32,000 bases of DNA, taken from positions 990,001 to 1,022,000 of the forward strand of contig NZ_AP028907.1 in assembly GCF_036323395.1 (NCBI RefSeq). The letters are read 5' to 3'. The notes below the pieces were generated by a model, which saw nothing but the letters and a program-made list of their open reading frames with translations, was not told the origin of the DNA and searched no databases. The position numbers and the translations under genes were made by a program. Each line of letters opens with the position of its first letter. The stretch's first letter is position 1. Origin of the DNA: Pyrodictium abyssi. Lineage in GTDB: Archaea; Thermoproteota; Thermoprotei_A; Sulfolobales; Pyrodictiaceae. Positions 25,959-32,000 of this stretch are shown here, in pieces.

Positions 25959-27890
25959 GTGGTGCTGGCAACGGCGGGCGCGGGCGGCTGGGGCTCCCGG
26001 TGGCGGAGGATACAGCTTCTACCCAGGAACGGCACCGGGCTACTATGGCCGGCCGGCCTCTCACTAGAGGGCTGGCTACTCCTAGCAGCGGTCATAGGCG
26101 CAGCTAGCGGCCTCTTCGCCAGCTTCTTCTACGTCCTGCTAGAGCTGGCTACAAGCCTCTCAGCCAGGATTGTGGGGATAGAGGCCCCGCTGCGCGGCTA
26201 CACAGACCTAGGCATAGCGGTCGTAGAGTACGGCAACGGGCTGCACACGCGCCTCGCCGTGCTACTCGTGGTCGTCGCCGCGGCAGCGGTCTCGTCGCTC
26301 ATAGTCTACAGGATTGCCCCGGAGGCGGAGGGCCACGGCACAGACGCCGCGATAAAGGCGTTCCACAGGCTAGCCGGGTACCTGAGGCCCCGCGTCCCCC
26401 TGGTCAAGGCCGTGGCCTCGGCGGTTACGATAGGCGGTGGCGGCAGCGGCGGCGTAGAGGGCCCCAGCGCCCTAATGGGCGCGGGTGTGGGGAGCGCCCT
26501 AGCCCAGTGGCTGGGCCTAGGCCTCTGGGTCCGCCGGACAGCTCTAGTAGCAGGCATGGCTGGGGCGCTCTCCTCGCTCTTCCGCGCCCCCATGGGCACA
26601 GCGCTCTTCGCGGTGGAGGTGCTCTTCCGGAGGGACATCGCGGTCGAGGCCCTCATACCCGCCATAATAGCCTCGGTGATAGCGTACGCGGTCACCCTGC
26701 CGTTCTGGGGCTACGGGGAGGTGTTCCCACGCGTATCCGTGGAGACGCGGCTCCTCTACACAGCGGACGCGCTCGTCGCCTACCTCGGGCTCGCGGTGGT
26801 GTCCGCGGGCTTCGGGCTAGCCTACGTCCGGATGTTCCACGGCGCCCGCGGGCTCTTCGAGAGGCTCATAGGTAGGAGGTGGCTGCGCCCCATAGCCGGG
26901 GCGGCGGTTACCGGCGCTATAGGCCTCGTAGCCCCCTGCGTCCTCGGCTCCGGCCGGCAGCTACTCACAAAGTTCCTCGAAGACCCCTCGATACTCCTGG
27001 GAGGCCTCCAGGACAGCAGCGGGCTAGCAGCCCTCGTACTGGTCGCGGTAGCGCTCGCGAAGATGGCGGCCACCTCGATGTCCATAGGCTCTGGGGGTAG
27101 TGGCGGCGTCTTCGCCCCCGGCGTGATGGCTGGCGCTCTCCTGGGCTACGCCTACGGCCTCGTCGTGGGCACGCCGCTCTCGGGCGTAGACCCCCTGGTG
27201 TACGCCTACCTGGGCATGTCCTCCTTCTTCGCTGCTGCCTCGAAGACCCCGCTCGCCACCTCGGTGATGGTCGCCGAGATGAGCGGCAACTACGGCCTCC
27301 TCGTGCCAGCCCTCTTCGTGAGCTACCTGGCCCGCGAGTTCAGCGGCGAGGCGAGCATATACGAGTCGCAGCTGCCACGCCGTATACGCCCAGAACTCAT
27401 CAGCATAGAAGCCGTCTCGGCGATGCTCGGCAGGCTCGGGGTGAGGGCGGCCGAGGTCTGCGACAAGGGCCTCCAGCCGCTGCCAGCCAGCGCCACGGTG
27501 GCCGAGGCCATAGAGGCTATGGCTAGGCAGAGGCAGCACGTGATACCCGTAGTGGACCACGGGGGCAGGGTGCTGGGGGTGGTGGACGCGTCTATGCTCG
27601 AGGAGCTCCTAGCAGCGCCGCCCGACGCCCCGCTCTCCTCGCTGGGCCTCCGGCGCCCAATCGTGGTCTCCGAGGACGATGACATAGCCGGGGTCATAGT
27701 GGTGCTGGAGGAGGCTAGCGGCGAGGGCCTAGACCACGTGGTGGTAGTGGATCGGGGGCTCCGCTACCGCGGCGTCATACGCTACCAGGACGTGGCCGCG
27801 GCTATACTCGAGTCCTACCTCCGCGGCGCCCAGAGGCTGGCACGGGCGGCCGGGAGCCCCCAGAGGCGTAGCGTAGAAAAGACGCTGTAG
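25959..27890 (+). CDS. ClC-family chloride channel/transporter with C-terminal CBS pair (start may be downstream of 25959)
   Basis: GGGGSGGVEGPSALMGAGVGS, FRAPMGTALFAVEVLFRRD, GSGGSGGVFAPGVMAGALLGY, CBS-like repeats at the C terminus. Confidence 0.92.
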   Translation: MVLATAGAGGWGSRWRRIQLLPRNGTGLLWPAGLSLEGWLLLAAVIGAASGLFASFFYVLLELATSLSARIVGIEAPLRGYTDLGIAVVEYGNGLHTRLAVLLVVVAAAAVSSLIVYRIAPEAEGHGTDAAIKAFHRLAGYLRPRVPLVKAVASAVTIGGGGSGGVEGPSALMGAGVGSALAQWLGLGLWVRRTALVAGMAGALSSLFRAPMGTALFAVEVLFRRDIAVEALIPAIIASVIAYAVTLPFWGYGEVFPRVSVETRLLYTADALVAYLGLAVVSAGFGLAYVRMFHGARGLFERLIGRRWLRPIAGAAVTGAIGLVAPCVLGSGRQLLTKFLEDPSILLGGLQDSSGLAALVLVAVALAKMAATSMSIGSGGSGGVFAPGVMAGALLGYAYGLVVGTPLSGVDPLVYAYLGMSSFFAAASKTPLATSVMVAEMSGNYGLLVPALFVSYLAREFSGEASIYESQLPRRIRPELISIEAVSAMLGRLGVRAAEVCDKGLQPLPASATVAEAIEAMARQRQHVIPVVDHGGRVLGVVDASMLEELLAAPPDAPLSSLGLRRPIVVSEDDDIAGVIVVLEEASGEGLDHVVVVDRGLRYRGVIRYQDVAAAILESYLRGAQRLARAAGSPQRRSVEKTL

Positions 27891-27953
27891 AGGCCACGGC
27901 GCCGCCTAAGCGGTGGCACCGGGCTGGGGAGGCGCGGCGCGCTCGCACTACTC

Positions 27954-29111
27954 GTGGCCGCTGTGTTCGCCGCTAGCGTGGCTGCCGGGCTCTCCCGGCT
28001 AGCGCTGGCCAAGTACATGCGCGACGACCTGGGGGCCTCGGCGCTCATAGTCTCGAGCCTGACCACCTGGTTCATGGCGGCGCGCGCGTTCTCCTCGGTG
28101 GCCTCCGGGCTGGTAGCCGACGCCTCGCCGGCCGCCCGGAGGCTGCTCGCCACCGCACCGCTAGCCGTGATAGCGGCGCTTGTCTACACCATCCCCTCCC
28201 TGGCCTCGCCCCTGGCTATACTCGCGCTGAACGCGGCCTGGGGCCTCCTCAGCGGCATGGTCTGGCCCGTAGCGCAGACCATGGCTGCGCTCGCCGCGGG
28301 GCGGCAGAGCGCCACGGTGATGTCCGTGTACTTCGCGGCGGGGAGCCTCGGCGTGTCCCTGGGCCAGTACCTCTACGGGCTACTCCCCCTAGGCAACCCG
28401 GACGCAGTCAGGCTATCCGCCCTCCTCTTCGCGGCCTCAGCGGCCCTGCTAATCCCTGCGGTCCGCTCTATGCCAGCGCCCCCGGCGAGGCCCCGGGCAA
28501 GGGGCTCCAGGAGCCAAGGGCTGCTCGCCTCCCTGTGCAGCGACGGGCTAGCAGCCTGGATACTGCTCTCAGCCCTCTCGGCGGGCTACCTATCCGGCCT
28601 CCTCAGGGAGTTCCTCTACATCTACCTCGGCGAGGTCTACGGGCTAGACCGCCAGTCCCTCGCCTCCTCCCTCGCGGCTGCGGGGCTAGCAGCGTTCGCA
28701 GCCGGGCTCGCCGTCGGCCCTCTCGCGGACCGGCTCGGCGTAGCCCCGGTGCTCGCAGCCGTGCTGGCCATGGGGCTCGCGGGTAGCCTAGCCCTAGGCC
28801 TCTCCCCCGTCCTCTCGGCAGCCCTCCTCGGCCTCGCCCTCGCCATGACAGCTGCCCGGAGTAGCCTCCCGCTCACCAGGAACGCGGCAGCCTTCGCCCC
28901 GGGGCTCCAGGCGACCCTCGTGGGGGCCTCCAACGCGCTCTCCAACATAGGCCAGATGGCGAGCCCAGTCATAGCCGGGAGGCTCTACGACGCCCTCCGC
29001 GGCGAGACCCTGGCCGGGCTCCGGGGCGAGGCGATACCCTTCCTCACAGCGGCTGCCCTGCTCGCAGCCACACTGACCATGAGCCCCCTAGCCCGGAGGA
29101 AAGGCCCCTAG
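27954..29111 (+). CDS. Major facilitator superfamily transporter
   Basis: 12-TM-like hydrophobic ORF with MFS-like motifs: FSSVASGLVADASPAARRLL and FAAGLAVGPLADRLGVAPVLAAVL. Confidence 0.8.
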   Translation: MAAVFAASVAAGLSRLALAKYMRDDLGASALIVSSLTTWFMAARAFSSVASGLVADASPAARRLLATAPLAVIAALVYTIPSLASPLAILALNAAWGLLSGMVWPVAQTMAALAAGRQSATVMSVYFAAGSLGVSLGQYLYGLLPLGNPDAVRLSALLFAASAALLIPAVRSMPAPPARPRARGSRSQGLLASLCSDGLAAWILLSALSAGYLSGLLREFLYIYLGEVYGLDRQSLASSLAAAGLAAFAAGLAVGPLADRLGVAPVLAAVLAMGLAGSLALGLSPVLSAALLGLALAMTAARSSLPLTRNAAAFAPGLQATLVGASNALSNIGQMASPVIAGRLYDALRGETLAGLRGEAIPFLTAAALLAATLTMSPLARRKGP

Positions 29112-29430
29112 CCGTGCACCTCGACTAGCCTGCCGTACCGCCTCCTAGCCTCCCTAAACTCCCCCGGGGAGTAGAGGTGGAGATCCACCGGGTAGTCCCA
29201 GGGCAGCCCATACCTCTCCGCAGCCACGTCCCTTATCTCTATCGCCAGCCTCCTCTTCCTTGGGGCCTCCTCTGGCACAGCTGGGGAGACGACGACCACG
29301 TCTATATCGCTGAGAACAGTCAGCCTTCCCTCAGCAGCCCCGCCGGCCACGTAAACCCGCACATCCCCCAGCACGTCGCGGGCAGCCCTAGCGACGGCCC
29401 CCCACGTAGCGCGGCCAGTCCATGAGCCTC
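29108..29430 (-). pseudogene. MNT nucleotidyltransferase (HEPN partner) with +1 frameshift in a C6/G6 run
   Basis: MDWPRYVG in one frame, then AVARAARDVLGDVRVYVAGGAAEGRLTVLSDIDVVVVSPAVP... in the other. The run is at 29398-29403. Confidence 0.65.
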
Positions 29431-29451
29431 CGCAGGGTCTCGAGGAGCAGC

Positions 29452-30094
29452 CTAGCGAGCCCCGGCAAGCCTCTCAACCTCCTCAACGAGGCGTATCACT
29501 TCCTCTGCTGTCTCCACGCACTCCTCAGCCTCCTCCCGGCTATACTTCCGTATAGCCGTACCTCCCCCTATAGTAGGCGTCCTCCAGCAGCCACAGTCTC
29601 CTCCTATTCCCCGAGGCGAATCCCGCCACAGTCTCGGCAGCCTCGCCCGCCCCGGCCTCCCGCAGGAACCGCACGAGAATACCGAGAAGCTCGCCTAAGC
29701 TATGCAGCCTAGGCATAGACCCAGTTAGCCTGTAGAGGAGCGCCTTAACAGCCAGCTGGGCAGCCTGCTCAGCCTCGAAGCAGGCCAAATCGTACTCGCT
29801 ACGGCCTAGGCGCCACCGAGCTCGCTGGCTTGCAGCCGAAAAGCCGGAGGGCACGAGAAGGCATAGTCTCCGGTCCGCTAGCCCTTGCGCCTTCTCTGCC
29901 TCTCCTTCGCACGGAACTCTGCGAGCCGCTCTAAACCCCTGTAGAACGAGGCTTGCGAGCCCCCTTACTAGATTCTTCGTGTCAAGACGCTTCGAAGCTC
30001 CTCCTTCACCCGCGCTTCTCCGGAACTCCTCGATAAGCCTCTTTAGCTCCCTGGTCGCATTCGTCATCTCTTGGCTGTTAGCGTCTAGAAGCAT
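29452..30094 (-). pseudogene. HEPN-domain protein, frameshifted near its C terminus
   Basis: ARWRLGRSEYDLACFEAEQAAQLAVKALLYRLTGSMPRLHSLGELLGILVRFLREAG...LEDAYYRGRYGYTEV*. The next frame continues YSREEAEECVETAEEVIRLVEEVERLAGAR* to 29452. Confidence 0.65.
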
Positions 30095-30508
30095 TATGTC
30101 GAGCGTGGCTACAGCTTCTCCTGCAAGTACGTCCTCTAGGCTGCCCGGGGCCTCCCGCTGCTCTGCTAGGCTGTGAGGGCCGCTGACCAGCGGTAGTAGG
30201 TCCTCTTCCGTCTCCCTTCATGCTCCTCTGCAGCGGTTATGTCTGGTATGAAGCGCTCTAGAATCCACTTTAGGGTCTCTTGTTGTAAGCAGGGTTCCGG
30301 CTCCGCCGAGGCCTATTAGCTGTATATGACGGAGCGGCACGGCGGAGGCCCGGATATAGGCCCGGATAGAAGCCTTGTCTCCATTGCGTAGCGTGGCCGG
30401 CGCCTTTAAGGAGGGCTAGCGTGCCTGGCACGGGGCTGGGCGTAGGGGTGTTGGCTGCTGGGCGGCCGGCGCTATAAGCGGCTGAAGGATAAGGACCTCT
30501 TCGAGACC

Positions 30509-31279
30509 GTGGAGGAGGTCTGGGACAGGCAGACGCTGCTAGCAGCATACGAGGTGATGAGGCGGCTCCGGCTGGGCAGGTTCGCGGGCGTGCTGAGCGC
30601 GGGCAAGGAGGCCCGGGTCTACCGGGCGATAGGCCGGGACGGCCGCGAGTACGCGGTCAAGATATACCTCACAGTGACAGCCGAGTTCCGGAAAAGTATA
30701 CAGAAGTACCTGCTCGGCGACCCCCGGTTCGAGAACGTCGACACGAGCAACACCAAGAAGCTATTCTTTGCCTGGGCCCGGAAAGAGTTCCGCAACCTCA
30801 AGAGGATGTACGAGGCGGGCGTCCGGGTCCCCCGGCCCATCCTTGTCCACCAGAACATAGTGGTCATGGAGTTCCTCGGCCGCGACGGGCTCCGGGCTCC
30901 GACGCTCCACGAGATAAGGCACGAGATAGACCCGGAGCTAGCCGAGCAGCTAGCCCGCGAGGCCATCGACCAGTACACCAGGATATACTGCTGCGCCCGG
31001 CTCGTCCACGCCGACTACAGCGAGTACAACCTAGTCTACCTCGACGGCCAGCTCTACGTCATAGACGTCGCGCAGGCGGTCTCGCTAGAGCACCCCAACG
31101 CCGGAGACTTCCTCCGCCACGACGTGGAGAACATATACAGGTTCTTCGCAAAGCAGCTAGGAGTGGAGCTGCCCGAGCCAGAGGAGCTGCTGGAGCGGGT
31201 GAGAGCATGCCAGACCAAGTGCCCCGAGAAGCGGAGGGAGGAGCAGGGGGGCAGAGAGCAGCAGTACCAGGCCTCCTAA
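30509..31279 (+). CDS. rio1: Rio1-type serine protein kinase
   Basis: GVLSAGKEARVYRAIGRDGREYAVKIYLT...YAGVRVPRP-type...HADYSEYNLVY..LYVIDVAQAVSLEHPNAGDFLRHDVENIYRFF. Confidence 0.94.
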   Translation: MEEVWDRQTLLAAYEVMRRLRLGRFAGVLSAGKEARVYRAIGRDGREYAVKIYLTVTAEFRKSIQKYLLGDPRFENVDTSNTKKLFFAWARKEFRNLKRMYEAGVRVPRPILVHQNIVVMEFLGRDGLRAPTLHEIRHEIDPELAEQLAREAIDQYTRIYCCARLVHADYSEYNLVYLDGQLYVIDVAQAVSLEHPNAGDFLRHDVENIYRFFAKQLGVELPEPEELLERVRACQTKCPEKRREEQGGREQQYQAS

Positions 31280-31839
31280 GGCTCTACGCTAAGCTTCCCC
31301 CGGAGCGCGTAGGCGTACTCATAGGAGAAGGGGGCAAGGTCAAGACCGAGATAATGAAGCGGACCCGTACCAGGATAACAGTGGACAGCACCACGGGCAT
31401 GGTTATAATCGAGCCGGAGTCCCCGGACGTCCCGCCCTTCATGGTCATGAAGGCGCAGGAGATAGTCAGGGCGATAGCCTACGGCTTCAGCCCAGAGCGT
31501 GCCATGAGGCTACTCGACGACGACCAGATACTGGTGGTGGTAGACCTAAAGCAATACGTGGGCGACGCGCCTAACCACCTCCAGCGCGTAAAGGGCAGGA
31601 TTATAGGCGAGAAGGGGAAGGCCCGGAAGACCATAGAGGAGATGACTGGCACCTACATATCAGTGTACGACAACTACGTCGCCATAATAGGCGACTTCGA
31701 GACAGCAAACATAGCCAAGCAGGCGATAGAGATGCTGATACAGGGCCGCCAGCACAGCACAGTCTACAGGTTCCTAGAACGCACAATGTTCCGGGTACGC
31801 AGGAGCCGCATGACACAGCTCTGGGAGCAGCCCCTCTAG
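31207..31839 (+). CDS. KH-domain RNA-processing protein (Dim2/Pno1-like); real start uncertain within 31207-31270
   Basis: LYAKLPPERVGVLIGEGGKVKTEIMKRTRTRITVDSTTG...GFSPERAMRLLDDDQILVVVDLKQY...RVKGRIIGEKGKARKTIEEMTGTYISVYDNYVAIIG. Confidence 0.92.
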   Translation: MPDQVPREAEGGAGGQRAAVPGLLRLYAKLPPERVGVLIGEGGKVKTEIMKRTRTRITVDSTTGMVIIEPESPDVPPFMVMKAQEIVRAIAYGFSPERAMRLLDDDQILVVVDLKQYVGDAPNHLQRVKGRIIGEKGKARKTIEEMTGTYISVYDNYVAIIGDFETANIAKQAIEMLIQGRQHSTVYRFLERTMFRVRRSRMTQLWEQPL

Positions 31840-32000
31840 CCCCACACCTTCTCCTCTTCCTCCCCGCCTCTCTAGGGGCCGTGAGGAGGGCCAGGAAAGC
31901 CGACGCCCCACCCCCAGGGGATGGGGTGTCTCCTGAAGGCCGAGCCCCAGCCACCCCTCCTAGAGTCCGCTGCCCCTCAGCGCATACAGCATCTAGGATG

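Noticed and set aside
26306-27697. ORFs 26306-26695 (-), 26507-26875 (+), 27024-27560 (+), 27323-27697 (-)
   Set aside because: All overlap the well-supported ClC channel CDS and lack recognisable motifs. They arise from high GC.

Overview
GC-rich hyperthermophilic crenarchaeal chromosome, probably Desulfurococcales/Pyrodictiaceae-like (inferred from gene content, ATG/GTG/TTG starts, AbrB-type and PaREP1 genes, and an intron-containing tRNA). Recognisable conserved genes are biotin carboxylase (partial), biotin-protein ligase, dCTP deaminase, tRNA-Pro(GGG) with an intron, a split-Soret-type cytochrome plus a b-type cytochrome, an Nmad3-like protein, aIF-1A, a ClC channel, an MFS transporter, Rio1 and a Dim2/Pno1-like KH protein. 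The lead candidate for something undescribed is a family of about 130-aa cysteine-containing proteins present in five divergent copies within 8.5 kb (16856-25336). Their shared motifs are TC[YF]xG, VEGDCxLLxEL and GVPxExLxxxKSxCG. One copy starts right beside a 47-nt poly-C/poly-G tract and two copies carry frameshifts. A second theme is widespread decay of small accessory genes (PaREP1, VapC, RelE, DUF3800, HEPN/MNT, and the new family) by single-base indels or stops, often in G/C runs, while core genes are intact. Further signals are 11-nt iterons, operator-like palindromes, a triple-hairpin block, a GC-rich rod-like structure, a 176-nt tract with a single T before tRNA-Pro, and a degraded tRNA-Met-like fragment. 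No CRISPR array, rRNA or intact transposase was seen.
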